Origin: the human T2T-CHM13v2.0 reference genome, Homo sapiens
Direction: 5' to 3' (one strand)
DNA: 64,000 nucleotides
Assembly (NCBI RefSeq): GCF_009914755.1
Contig: NC_060948.1
The position numbers and the translations under genes are program-made. Numbering within the stretch: position 1 is the first letter of the stretch; every line of letters starts with the position of its first letter. Below the pieces are notes generated by a model, which was not told where the DNA came from, did no database searches, and worked only from the letters and a program-made list of their open reading frames with translations. Below, one piece after another: positions 1-14,200 of the stretch.

Positions 1-885
1 ATGGAATGGAAAGGAATGGAATCGAATGGAAAGGAATCGAATGGAAGGGAATGAAATTGAATCAACAGGAATGGAAGGGAATAGAATAGACGGTAATGGA
101 ATGGACTCGAATAGAATGGACACGAATGCTCAAATTGAATGGACTCGAATGGAATGGAAACGAAAGGAATGTCATCGAATGGAATTGAATCGATTGGAAT
201 GAAATCGCATAGAATGGAGTGGAATCAAATGGAATTGAATCGAAAGGAAAGGAAGCGAATGGACTGAAATGAAATGGAATGGAATTGAATGGAAAGTAAT
301 GCAATGGAATAGAATGGAACGAAATTTCACGGAATGGAATCAAACTGAATGGAATCAAATCAATGGAATCTAATCAAATGGAATGGAAAGGAATTGAATG
401 GAGTAGATTGGATTGGATGGGATTGGAATGAAATGTACTGGAAAGGACTCGAATTTCATGAAACGGAATGGAATGAATTGGAACGGAATGGACTCGAATG
501 TAATGGAATGTCATGGAATGGCATCAAATGGAATGGCATCAAATGGAATGGAATCGAATGCAATGGAATGCTATGGAATGGAATGGAATGCATTGGAATG
601 GAATGTCCTCTAATGGAATGGATTCGAGTGGAATGGAATCGAATATAATGGAGTCGAATGAAATGGAATTGAAAGGAATGGGATCGAATAGAATGGAATA
701 TACTGAAATGTAATGTAATGAACTCGAATGTAATTGACTGGAATGGAATGTACATGAATGGAATGTAATCGAATGGAAAGTAATCCAATGGAATAGAATC
801 TAATGCAATAAAACCGACTCAGATAGAGTAGAATGTAATGGAATGGAGTGCAGTGCAATGGAATGGAATGGAATTGAATGCAATG

Positions 886-940
886 GAATGGAATGGAATG
901 GAATGGAATGGAATGGAATGGAATGGAATGGAATGGAATG
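886..940 (+). repeat. Pure (GAATG)n microsatellite tract, variable in length between units (representative copy)
   Basis: 11 perfect GAATG copies here against 8 at about 4465-4504. This accounts for the 3,579 versus 3,564 bp spacing. Confidence 0.9.
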
Positions 941-1680
941 GGATGGAATGGTATGGAATGGATAGTAATGGACTGGAGTGAAATGGACTGGAAAGGAATG
1001 GACTCAAATTGAAAGGGCTCGAAAGGAATGGAGTCAAATGGAATGGTCTGGAATGGAATGAACACGAATGTAATGCAATCCAATAAAATGGAAACGAATG
1101 GCATGGAATATAAAGAAATGGAATCGAAGAGAATGGAAACAAATGGAATGGAATTGAATGGAATGGAATTGAATGGAATGGGAACGAATGGAGTGAAATT
1201 GTATGCAGTAGAAGGGAATAGAATGGAATGCAAGCGAAAGGAAAGGAATGGATTGGAATGGAATGGAATTCATTGGAATGGAAGGGAATGTAGTGTAATG
1301 GACAGGCCTGGAATAAAGTGGAATGCTACGGTCTCGAATGGAATAAAAATGTATGGAATGGAATGCAATGAAACGGAATCGAATGTCATAGAATGTAATG
1401 GAATGCAACAAAATGGAATCCAAAATCATTGACTGGAAAGGCTGGGTGTCGAAAGGAATTGACTCCAATGGAATGGAATCGAATGGAATGGAAGTGAATA
1501 GAATCGAACTAAATCGAATGGAATGGAATTGATAGGAACGGAATGGAAAGGAATGCAATGATTTGGCATGGAATGGAATCGAATGGCATCGAATGGAATG
1601 GAATGGAATGCAATGGAATGGAATGTATTAGAATGTAATGAACTTTAATGGAATGTACTCGAATGGATTCGACTGGAATG

Positions 1681-1693
1681 GAATGTTCTGGAA
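1681..1693. promoter_or_regulatory. Perfect 3-unit heat-shock element motif HSE-1 (GAAtgTTCtgGAA), representative copy, one per unit
   Basis: Matches the HSF consensus nGAAnnTTCnnGAAn. Recurs at 5245, 9921, 24141, 49011 and elsewhere. Motif match only; binding is not shown. Confidence 0.6.
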
Positions 1694-1960
1694 GTGAATG
1701 GACTCCAATGGAATGGATTCAAAAGGAATGGAATCGTACGGAATGGAATCTAATGGAATGGAATTAAATGGAAATGAATCAAATTGAATAGCACGGAATT
1801 GAATTGAATGGAATGGAATGCAATGGAATCTAATGAAACGGAAAGGAAAGGAATGGAATGGAATGGAATGGGCTGGAATGGAAAGGAATCGAAACGAATG
1901 GAATGGAATCGAACTGAAGAGACTGGAATGGAATGCACTGGAATGGAAGGGAGTGTAATG

Positions 1961-1973
1961 GAAGGTTCTCGAA
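1961..1973. promoter_or_regulatory. Perfect 3-unit heat-shock element motif HSE-2 (GAAggTTCtcGAA), representative copy
   Basis: Matches nGAAnnTTCnnGAAn. Recurs once per unit and is disrupted in the copies at about 17319-17331 and 24421-24433. Confidence 0.6.
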
Positions 1974-2986
1974 AAAAATGGAATCGAATGGAATGGAATT
2001 GAATGGAACGGAATAGAGTCGAATGGAATTGAATGGAATGGAATGGACTAGAGTGAAATGGAATCGAACCACAAGGAATGGACAGGAATAGAATGGTCTC
2101 GAATTGAATGGAATCGTATGGAATGGCATTAAACGGAATGGAATGGACAGCCACGGAATGGAATGCACTCGAATGCAATGGAGTCGAAACTAATGGACTG
2201 GAATAGAATGGACTCGACTGGTACGGACTCCAATGGAATGGAATCGAATGGAAGGGAATCGAACGGAATGGACTCGAAGGGAAAAGACTGCAATGGAAAG
2301 GTCTCGAATGGAATGGAAATTAATGGAATGGAATGGAATCGAATGAAATGGAGTCAAAAGGAATGGAATCGAATGGCAAGAAATCGAATGTAATGGAATC
2401 GCAAGGAATTGATGTGAACGGAACGGAATGGAATGGAATCCAAAGGAATGGAATAGAATGGAATGGAATCGAATGGAAAGGACTCGAATGGAAATCACTC
2501 GAATAGAATGCAATTTAATAAAATAGGATCAAATGTAATGGAATGGAATGGAAAGGAATCGAAACGAAAGGAATGGAGACAGATGGAATGGAATGGAACA
2601 GAGAGCAATGGTATAGAAAGGAATGGAATCATCTGGAATGGAATTGAATGGAATGGAATAATATGAAATGGAATGGAATGGAATGGAATGGAATGCCCTT
2701 GAATTAAATGGACTGGAATGGAATGGACTCGAACAGAGTGGAATGGAAAGTGTTGAGATAGAATGGAATGGACTCCTTTGGAATGGTCTAGTATGCAATG
2801 CAATCGACTGGTAGGGAATCAAATGGAATGTAATCGAATGGATTGGACTGGAATGCAATGGACTCGAATAGATTGGAAACGGAATGCAAAGGAATGGAAT
2901 GGATTAGTATGGAATGGAATGGAAAGGAATGGAGTGGAATAGACTAGAGTGGAATGGAATGGACTGGAAAGCAATGGACTAGAATG

Positions 2987-2999
2987 GAACTTTCTTGAA
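2987..2999. promoter_or_regulatory. Perfect 3-unit heat-shock element motif HSE-3 (GAActTTCttGAA), representative copy
   Basis: Matches nGAAnnTTCnnGAAn. Recurs once per unit, with an extra copy in the 1.1-kb duplication. Disrupted at about 14776-14788. Confidence 0.6.
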
Positions 3000-3135
3000 T
3001 GGACTGGAATCAAACGGAATGGAATGCAATGCAATCAAATGGCATGGAATAAAATAAAATGAAAGAGAATCAAATGGAATTGAATCGAATGGAATCGAAT
3101 GGATTGGAAAGGAATAGAATGGAATGGAATGGAAT

Positions 3136-3142
3136 TGACTCA
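3136..3142. promoter_or_regulatory. AP-1 consensus motif TGACTCA, representative copy, one per unit
   Basis: Context ggaatTGACTCAaatgg. Removed by a 15-bp deletion at about 6690 and 18490. Motif match only. Confidence 0.4.
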
Positions 3143-6023
3143 AATGGAATGGACTAGAATGGAATGGATTCGAATGGAAGGCAAAGGAATGGAATCTATT
3201 GGAATGGACTGTAATGGAATGGAATGGAAGGGATTGGAATGGACTCGAATGGAATGGACTGCAATAGAAAGGATTCGAATGGAATGAAAAAGAATTGAAT
3301 GGAATAGAACAGAATGGAATCAAATCGAATGAAATGGAATGGAATAGAAAGGAATGGAATGAAATGGAATGGAAAGGATTCGAATGGAATGCAATCGAAT
3401 GGAATGGAATCGAACGGAATGGAATAAAATGGAAGAAAACTGGCAAGAAATGGAATCGAAATGAATGGAGTGTTATGGAACGGACTCAAAAGGAATTGAA
3501 TGTAATAGAATGGAGTGGAGTGGACTCGAATATAATGGACTGGAATGGAATGAAATCACATGGAATGGGAACGAATGGAATGGAATGGAAAGGAATGGAA
3601 TCGAATGGAAAGGAATCGAATGGAAGGGAATGAAATTGAATCAACAGGAATGGAAGGGAATAGAATAGACGGTAATGGAATGGACTCGAATAGAATGGAC
3701 ACGAATGCTCAAATTGAATGGACTCGAATGGAATGGAAACGAAAGGAATGTCATCGAATGGAATTGAATCGATTGGAATGAAATCGCATAGAATGGAGTG
3801 GAATCAAATGGAATTGAATCGAAAGGAAAGGAAGCGAATGGACTGAAATGAAATGGAATGGAATTGAATGGAAAGTAATGCAATGGAATAGAATGGAACG
3901 AAATTTCACGGAATGGAATCAAACTGAATGGAATCAAATCAATGGAATCTAATCAAATGGAATGGAAAGGAATTGAATGGAGTAGATTGGATTGGATGGG
4001 ATTGGAATGAAATGTACTGGAAAGGACTCGAATTTCATGAAACGGAATGGAATGAATTGGAACGGAATGGACTCGAATGGAATGGAATGTCATGGAATGG
4101 CATCAAATGGAATGGCATCAAATGGAATGGAATCGAATGCAATGGAATGCTATGGAATGGAATGGAATGCATTGGAATGGAATGTCCTCTAATGGAATGG
4201 ATTCGAGTGGAATGGAATCGAATATAATGGAGTCGAATGAAATGGAATTGAAAGGAATGGGATCGAATAGAATGGAATATACTGAAATGTAATGTAATGA
4301 ACTCGAATGTAATTGACTGGAATGGAATGTACATGAATGGAATGTAATCGAATGGAAAGTAATCCAATGGAATAGAATCTAATGCAATAAAACCGACTCA
4401 GATAGAGTAGAATGTAATGGAATGGAGTGCAGTGCAATGGAATGGAATGGAATTGAATGCAATGGAATGGAATGGAATGGAATGGAATGGAATGGAATGG
4501 AATGGGATGGAATGGTATGGAATGGATAGTAATGGACTGGAGTGAAATGGACTGGAAAGGAATGGACTCAAATTGAAAGGGCTCGAAAGGAATGGAGTCA
4601 AATGGAATGGTCTGGAATGGAATGAACACGAATGTAATGCAATCCAATAAAATGGAAACGAATGGCATGGAATATAAAGAAATGGAATCGAAGAGAATGG
4701 AAACAAATGGAATGGAATTGAATGGAATGGAATTGAATGGAATGGGAACGAATGGAGTGAAATTGTATGCAGTAGAAGGGAATAGAATGGAATGCAAGCG
4801 AAAGGAAAGGAATGGATTGGAATGGAATGGAATTCATTGGAATGGAAGGGAATGTAGTGTAATGGACAGGCCTGGAATAAAGTGGAATGCTACGGTCTCG
4901 AATGGAATAAAAATGTATGGAATGGAATGCAATGAAACGGAATCGAATGTCATAGAATGTAATGGAATGCAACAAAATGGAATCCAAAATCATTGACTGG
5001 AAAGGCTGGGTGTCGAAAGGAATTGACTCCAATGGAATGGAATCGAATGGAATGGAAGTGAATAGAATCGAACTAAATCGAATGGAATGGAATTGATAGG
5101 AACGGAATGGAAAGGAATGCAATGATTTGGCATGGAATGGAATCGAATGGCATCGAATGGAATGGAATGGAATGCAATGGAATGGAATGTATTAGAATGT
5201 AATGAACTTTAATGGAATGTACTCGAATGGATTCGACTGGAATGGAATGTTCTGGAAGTGAATGGACTCCAATGGAATGGATTCAAAAGGAATGGAATCG
5301 TACGGAATGGAATCTAATGGAATGGAATTAAATGGAAACGAATCAAATTGAATAGCACGGAAGTGAATTGAATGGAATGGAATGCAATGGAATCTAATGA
5401 AACGGAAAGGAAAGGAATGCAATGGAATGGAATGGGCTGGAATGGAAAGGAATCGAAACGAATGGAATGGAATCGAACTGAAGAGACTGGAATGGAATGC
5501 ACTGGAATGGAAGGGAGTGTAATGGAAGGTTCTCGAAAAAAATGGAATCGAATGGAATGGAATTGAATGGAACGGAATAGAGTCGAATGGAATTGAATGG
5601 AATGGAATGGACTAGAGTGAAATGGAATCGAACCACAAGGAATGGAGAGGAATAGAATGGTCTCGAATTGAATGGAATCGTATGGAATGGCATCAAACGG
5701 AATGGAATGGACAGCCACGGAATGGAATGCACTCGAATGCAATGGAGTCGAAACTAATGGACTGGAATAGAATGGACTCGACTGGTACGGACTCCAATGG
5801 AATGGAATCGAATGGAAGGGAATCGAACGGAATGGACTCGAAGGGAAAAGACTGCAATGGAAAGGTCTCGAATGGAATGGAAATTAATGGAATGGAATGG
5901 AATCGAATGAAATGGAGTCAAAAGGAATGGAATCGAATGGCAAGAAATCGAATGTAATGGAATCGCAAGGAATTGATGTGAACGGAACGGAATGGAATGG
6001 AATCCAAAGGAATGGAATAGAAT

Positions 6024-8267
6024 GGAATGGAATCGAATGGAAAGGACTCGAATGGAAATCACTCGAATAGAATGCAATTTAATAAAATAGGATCAAATGT
6101 AATGGAATGGAATGGAAAGGAATCGAAACGAAAGGAATGGAGACAGATTTAATGTAATAGAACAGAGAGCAATGGTATAGAATGGAATGGAATCATCTGG
6201 AATGGAATTGAATGGAATGGAATAATATGAAATGGAATGGAATGGAATGGAATGGAATGCCCTTGAATTAAATGGACTGGAATGGAATGGACTCGAACAG
6301 AGTGGAATGGAAAGTGTTGAGATAGAATGGAATGGACTCGTTTGGAATGGTCTAGTATGCAATGCAATCGACTGGCAGGGAATCAAAAGGAATGTAATCG
6401 AATGGATTGGACTGGAATGCAATGGACTCGAATAGATTGCAAACGGAATGCAAAGGAATGGAATGGAATAGTATGGAATGGAATGGAAAGGAATGGAGTG
6501 GAATAGACTAGAGTGGAATGGAATGGACTGGAAAGCAATAGACTGGAATGGAACTTTCTTGAATGGACTGGAATCAAACGGAATGGAATGCAATGCAATC
6601 AAATGGCATGGAATAAAATAGAATGAAAGAGAATCAAATGGAATTGAATCGAATGGAATCGAATGGATTGGAAAGGAATAGAATGGAATGGAATGGAATG
6701 GACTAGAATGGAATGGATTCGAATGGAAGGCAAAGGAATGGAATCTATTGGAATGGACTGTAATGGAATGGAATGGAAGGGATTGGAATGGACTCGAATG
6801 GAATGGACTGCAATAGAAAGGATTCGAATGGAATGAAAAAGAATTGAATGGAATAGAACAGAATGGAATCAAATCGAATGAAATGGAATGGAATAGAAAG
6901 GAATGGAATGAAATGGAATGGAAAGGATTCGAATGGAATGCAATCGAATGGAATGGAATCGAACGGAATGGAATAAAATGGAAGAAAACTGGCAAGAAAT
7001 GGAATCGAAATGAATGGAGTGTTATGGAACGGACTCAAAAGGAATTGAATGTAATAGAATGGAGTGGAGTGGACTCGAATATAATGGACTGGAATGGAAT
7101 GAAATCACATGGAATGGGAACGAATAGAATGGAATGGAAAGGAATGGAATCGAATGGAAAGGACTCGAATGGAAATCACTCGAATAGAATGCAATTTAAT
7201 AAAATAGGATCAAATGTAATGGAATGGAAAGGAAAGGAATCGAAACGAAAGGAATGGAGACAGATGGAATGGAATGGAACAGAGAGCAATGGTATAGAAT
7301 GGAATGGAATCATCTGGAATGGAATTGAATGGAATGGAATAATATGAAATGGAATGGAATGGAATGGAATGCCCTTGAATTAAATGGACTGGAATGGAAT
7401 GGACTCGAACAGAGTGGAATGGAAAGTGTTGAGATAGAATGGAATGGACTCGTTTGGAATGGTCTAGTAGGCAATGCAATCGACTGGCAGGGAATCAAAA
7501 GGAATGTAGTGGAATGGATTGGACTGGAATGCAATGGACTCGAATAGATTGGAAACGGAATGCAAAGGAATGGAATGGAATAGTATGGAATGGAATGGAA
7601 AGGAATGCAGTGGAATAGACTAGAGTGGAATGGAATGGACTGGAAAGCAATGGACTGGAATGGAACTTTCTTGAATGGACTGGAATCAAACGGAATGGAA
7701 TGCAATGCAATCAAATGGCATGGAATAAAATAGAATGAAAGAGAATCAAATGGAATTGAATCGAATGGAATCGAATGGGATGGAAAGGAATAGAATGGAA
7801 TGGAATGGAATTGACTCAAATGGAATGGACTAGAATGGAATGGATTCGAATGGAAGGCAAAGGAATGGAATCTATTGGAATGGACTGTAATGGAATGGAA
7901 TGGAAGAGATTGGAATGGACTCGAATGGAATGGACTGCAATAGAAAGGATTCGAATGGAATGAAAAAGAATTGAATGGAATAGAACAGAATGGAATCAAA
8001 TCGAATGAAATGGAATGGAATAGAAAGGAATGGAATGAAATGGAATGGAAAGGATTCGAATGGAATGCAATCGAATGGAATGGAATCGAACGGAATGGAA
8101 TAAAATGGAAGAAAACTGGCAAGAAACGGAATCGAAATGAATAGAGTGTTATGGAACGGACTCAAAAGGAATTGAATGTAATAGAATGGAGTGGAGTGGA
8201 CTCGAATATAATGGACTGGAATGGAATGAAATCACATGGAATGGGAACGAATGGAATGGAATGGAAA
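6024..8267 (+). repeat. Off-register partial-unit tandem duplication (6024-7140 and 7141-8267) giving a 4,676-bp DYZ1 period
   Basis: The landmark gaaatcactc occurs at 6055 and 7172 (1,117 bp apart). The junction lies in the 23-bp shared sequence ggaatggaatcgaatggaaagga at 7141-7163. Confidence 0.92.
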
Positions 8268-11200
8268 GGAATGGAATCGAATGGAAAGGAATCGAATGGA
8301 AGGGAATGAAATTGAATCAACAGGAATGGAAGGGAATAGAATAGACGGTAATGGAATGGACTCGAATAGAATGGACACGAATGCTCAAATTGAATGGACT
8401 CGAATGGAATGGAAACGAAAGGAATGTCATCGAATGGAATTGAATCGATTGGAATGAAATCGCATAGAATGGAGTGGAATCAAATGGAATTGAATCGAAA
8501 GGAAAGGAAGCGAATGGACTGAAATGAAATGGAATGGAATTGAATGGAAAGTAATGCAATGGAATAGAATGGAACGAAATTTCACGGAATGGAATCAAAC
8601 TGAATGGAATCAAACCAATGGAATCAAATCAAATGGAATGGAAAGGAATTGAATGGAGTAGATTGGATTGGATGGGATTGGAATGAAATGTACTGGAAAG
8701 GACTCGAATTTCATGAAACGGAATGGAATGAATTGGAACGGAACGGACTCGAATGGAATGGAATGTCATGGAATGGCATCAAATGGAATGGCATCAAATG
8801 GAATGGAATCGAATGCAATGGAATGCTATGGAATGGAATGGAATGCATTGGAATGGAATGTCCTCTAATGGAATGGATTCGAGTGGAATGGAATCGAATA
8901 TAATGGAGTCGAATGAAATGGAATTGAAAGGAATGGGATCGAATACAATGGAATATACTGGAATGTAATGTAATGAACTCGAATGTAATTGACTGGAATG
9001 GAATGTACATGAATGGAATGTAATCGAATGGAAAGTAATCCAATGGAATAGAATCTAATGCAATAAAATCGACTCAGATAGAGTAGAATGTAATGGAATG
9101 GAGTGCAGTGCAATGGAATGGAATGGAATGGAATGCATTGGAATGGAATGGAATGGAATGGAATGGAATGGAATGGAATGGAATGGAATGGTGTGGAATG
9201 GATAGTAATGGACTGGAGTGAAATGGACTGGAAAGGAATGGACTCAAATTGAATGGGCTCGAAAGGAATGGAGTCAAATGGAATGGTCTGGAATGGAATG
9301 AACACGAATGTAATGCAATCCAATAGAATGGAATCGAATGGCATGGAATATAAAGAAATGGAATCGAAGAGAATGGAAACAAATGGAATGGAATTGAGTG
9401 GAATGGAATTGAATGGAATGGGAACCAATGGAGTGAAATTGTATGCAGTAGAAGAGAATAGAATGGAATGCAAGCGAAAGGAAAGGAATGGATTGGAATG
9501 GAATGGAATTCATTGGAATGGAAGGGAATGTAGTGTAATGGACAGGCCTGGAATAAAGTGGAATGCTACGGTCTCGAATGGAATAAAAATGTATGGAATG
9601 GAATGCAATGAAACGGAATCGAATGTCATAGAATGTAATGGAATGCAAAAAAATGGAATCCAAAATCATTGACTGGAAAGGCTGGGTGTCGAAAGGAATT
9701 GACTCCAATGGAATGGAATCGAATGGAATGGAAGTGAATAGAATCGAACTAAATCGAATGGAATGGAATTGATAGCAACGGAATGGAAAGGAATGCAATG
9801 ATTTGGCATGGAATGGAATCGAATGGCATCGAATGGAATGGAATGGAATGCAATGGAATGGAATGTATTAGAATGTAATGAACTTTAATGGAATGTACTC
9901 GAATGGATTCGACTGGAATGGAATGTTCTGGAAGTGAATGGACTCCAATGGAATGGATTCAAAAGGAATGGAATCGTACGGAATGGAATCTAATGGAATG
10001 GAATTAAATGGAAATGAATCAAATTGAATAGCACGGAATTGAATTGAATGGAATGGAATGCAATGGAATCTAATGAAACGGAAAGGAAAGGAATGGAATG
10101 GAATGGAATGGGCTGGAATGGAAAGGAATCGAAACGAATGGAATGGAATCGAACTGAAGAGACTGGAATGGAATGCACTGGAATGGAAGGGAGTGTAATG
10201 GAAGGTTCTCGAAAAAAATGGAATGGAATGGAATGGAATTGAATGGAACGGAATAGAGTCGAATGGAATTGAATGGAATGGAATGGACTAGAGTGAAATG
10301 GAATCGAACCACAAGGAATGGACAGGAATAGAATGGTCTCGAATTGAATGGAATCGTATGGAATGGCATCAAACGGAATGGAATGGACAGCCACGGAATA
10401 GAATGCACTCGAATGCAATGGAGTCGAAACTAATGGACTGGAATAGAATGGACTCGACTGGTACGGACTCCAATGGAATGGAATCGAATGGAAGGGAATC
10501 GAAAGGAATGGACTCGAAGGGAAAAGACTGCAATGGAAAGGTCTCGAATGGAATGGAAATTAATGGAATGGAATGGAATCGAATGAAATGGAGTCAAAAG
10601 GAATGGAATCGAATGGCAAGAAATCGAATGTAATGGAATCGCAAGGAATTGATGTGAACGGAACGGAATGGAATGGAATCCAAAGGAATGGAATAGAATG
10701 GAATGGAATCGAATGGAAAGGTCTCGAATGGAAATCACTCGAATAGAATGCAATTTAATAAAATAGGATCAAATGTAATGGAATGGAATGGAAAGGAATC
10801 GAAACGAAAGGAATGGAGACAGATGGAATGGAATGGAACAGAGAGCAATGGTATAGAATGGAATGGAATCATCTGGAATGGAATTGAATGGAATGGAATA
10901 ATATGAAATGGAATGGAATGGAATGGAATGGAATGCCCTTGAATTAAATGGACTGGAATGGAATGGACTCGAACAGAGTGGAATGGAAAGTGTTGAGATA
11001 GAATGGAATGGACTCTTTTGGAATGGTGTAGTATGCAATGCAATCGACTGGTAGGGAATCAAAAGGAATGTAATCGAATGGATTGGACTGGAATGCAATG
11101 GACTCGAATAGATTGGAAACGGAATGCAAAGGAATGGAATGGAATAGTATGGAATGGAATGGAAAGGAATGGAGTGGAATAGACTAGAGTGGAATGGAAT

Positions 11201-14200
11201 GGACTGGAAATCAATGGACTGGAATGGAACTTTCTTGAATGGACTGGAATCAAACGGAATGGAATGCAATGCAATCAAATGGCATGGAATAAAATAGAAT
11301 GAAAGAGAATCAAATGGAATTGAATCGAATGGAATCGAATGGATTGGAAAGGAATAGAATGGAATGGAATGGAATTGACTCAAATGGAATGGACTAGAAT
11401 GGAATGGATTCGAATGGAAGGCAAAGGAATGGAATCTATTGGAATGGACTGTAATGGAATGGAATGGAAGGGATTGGAATGGACTCGAATGGAATGAACT
11501 GCAATAGAAAGGATTCGAATGGAATGAAAAAGAATTGAATGGAATAGAACAGAATGGAATGAAATCGAATGAAATGGAATGGAATAGAAAGGAATGGAAT
11601 GAAATGGAATGGAAAGGATTCGAATGGAATGCAATCGAATGGAATGGAATCGAACGGAATGGAATAAAATGGAAGAAAACTGGCAAGAAATGGAATCGAA
11701 ATGAATGGAGTGTTATGGAACGGACTCAAAAGGAATTGAATGTAATAGAATGGAGTGGAGTGGACTCGAATATAATGGACTGGAATGGAATGAAATCACA
11801 TGGAATGGGAACGAATGGAATGGAATGGAAAGGAATGGAATCGAATGGAAAGGAATCGAATGGAAGGGAATGAAATTGAATCAACAGGAATGGAAGGGAA
11901 TAGAATAGACGGTAATGGAATGGACTCGAATAGAATGGACACGAATGCTCAAATTGAATGGACTCGAATGGAATGGAAACGAAAGGAATGTCATCGAATG
12001 GAATTGAATCGATTGGAATGAAATCGCATAGAATGGAGTGGAATCAAATGGAATTGAATCGAAAGGAAAGGAAGCGAATGGACTGAAATGAAATGGAATG
12101 GAATTGAATGGAAAGTAATGCAATGGAATAGAATGGAACGAAATTTCACGGAATGGAATCAAACTGAATGGAATCAAATCAATGGAATCTAATCAAATGG
12201 AATGGAAAGGAATTGAATGGAGTAGATTGGATTGGATGGGATTGGAATGAAATGTACTGGAAAGGACTCGAATTTCATGAAACGGAATGGAATGAATTGG
12301 AACGGAACGGACTCGAATGGAATGGAATGTCATGGAATGGCATCAAATGGAATGGCATCAAATGGAATGGAATCGAATGCAATGGAATGCTATGGAATGG
12401 AATGGAATGCATTGGAATGGAATGTCCTCTAATGGAATGGATTCGAGTGGAATGGAATCGAATATAATGGAGTCGAATGAAATGGAATTGAAAAGAATGG
12501 GATCGAATACAATGGAATATACTGGAATGTAATGTAATGAACTCGAATGTAATTGACTGGAATGGAATGTACATGAATGGAATGTAATCGAATGGAAAGT
12601 AATCCAATGGAATAGAAACTAATGCAATAAAATCGACTCAAATAGAGTAGAATGTAATGGAATGGAGTGCAGTGCAATGGAATGGAATGGAATGGAATGC
12701 AATGGAATGGAATGGAATTGAATGGAATGGGATGGAATGGTGTGGAATGGATAGTAATGGACGGGTGTGAAATGGACTGGAAAGGAATGGACTCAAATTG
12801 AAAGGGCTCGAAAGGAATGGAGTCAAATGGAATGGTCTGGAATGGAATGAACACGAATGTAATGCAATCCAATAGAATGGAATCGAATGGCATGGAATAT
12901 AAAGAAATGGAATCGAAGAGAATGGAAACAAATGGAATGGAATTGAATGGAATGGAATTGAATGGAATGGGAAGGAATGGAGTGAAATTGTATGCAGTAG
13001 AAGAGAATAGAATGGAATGCAAGTGAAAGGAAAGGAATGGATTGGAATGGAATGGAATTCATTGGAATGGAAGGGAATGTAGTGTAATGGACAGGCCTGG
13101 AATAAAGTGGAATGCTACGGTCTCGAATGGAATAAAAATGTATGGAATGGAATGCAATGAAACGGAATCGAATGTCATAGAATGTAATGGAATGCAACAA
13201 AATGGAATCCAAAATCATTGACTGGAAAGGCTGGGTGTCGAAAGGAATTGACTCCAATGGAATGGAATCGAATGGAATGGAAGTGAATAGAATCGAACTA
13301 AATCGAATGGAATGGAATTGATAGGAACGGAATGGAAAGGAATGCAATGATTTGGCATGGAATGGAATCGAATGGCATCGAATGGAATGGAATGGAATGC
13401 AATGGAATGGAATGTATTAGAATGTAATGAACTTTAATGGAATGTACTCGAATGGATTCGACTGGAATGGAATGTTCTGGAAGTGAATGGACTCCAATGG
13501 AATGGATTCAAAAGGAATGGAATCGTACGGAATGGAATCTAATGGAATGGAATTAAATGGAAATGAATCAAATTGAATAGCACGGAATTGAATTGAATGG
13601 AATGGAATGCAATGGAATCTAATGAAACGGAAAGGAAAGGAATGGAATGGAATGGAATGGGCTGGAATGGAAAGGAATCGAAACGAATGGAATGGAATCG
13701 AACTGAAGAGACTGGAATGGAATGCACTGGAATGGAAGGGAGTGTAATGGAAGGTTCTCGAAAAAAATGGAATGGAATGGAATGGAATTGAATGGAACGG
13801 AATAGAGTCGAATGGAATTGAATGGAATGGAATGGACTAGAGTGAAATGGAATCGAACCACAAGGAATGGACAGGAATAGAATGGTCTCGAATTGAATGG
13901 AATCGTATGGAATGGCATTAAACGGAATGGAATGGACAGCCACGGAATGGAATGCACTCGAATGCAATGGAGTCGAAACTAATGGACTGGAATAGAATGG
14001 ACTCGACTGGTACGGACTCCAATGGAATGGAATCGAATGGAAGGGAATCGAACGGAATGGACTCGAAGGGAAAAGACTGCAATGGAAAGGTCTCGAATGG
14101 AATGGAAATTAATGGAATGGAATGGAATCGAATGAAATGGAGTCAAAAGGAATGGAATCGAATGGCAAGAAATCGAATGTAATGGAATCGCAAGGAATTG

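Larger units (their letters stand above)
1266..4829 (+). repeat. DYZ1: One canonical 3,564-bp DYZ1 monomer (EcoRI to EcoRI; 713 pentamers minus 1 bp)
   Basis: GAATTC at 1266 and again at 4830 in the same context (ggaatggaattcattgg). Confidence 0.95.

Noticed and set aside
2517-2522. AATAAA polyadenylation-like hexamers, several per unit
   Set aside because: They arise easily from GGAAT by G>A changes and have no clear downstream GU-rich element. DYZ1-derived non-coding transcripts are reported, but their ends cannot be located from sequence alone.
10769-11686. Long minus-strand ORFs (up to 305 aa, FHSIP-repeat) recurring in most units
   Set aside because: (ATTCC)n has no stop codon in any frame and translates to IPFHS repeats. 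The ORFs mostly start at TTG/CTG-type codons, overlap in several frames and are broken by 1-bp and 5-bp indels between units. There is no evidence of coding function.
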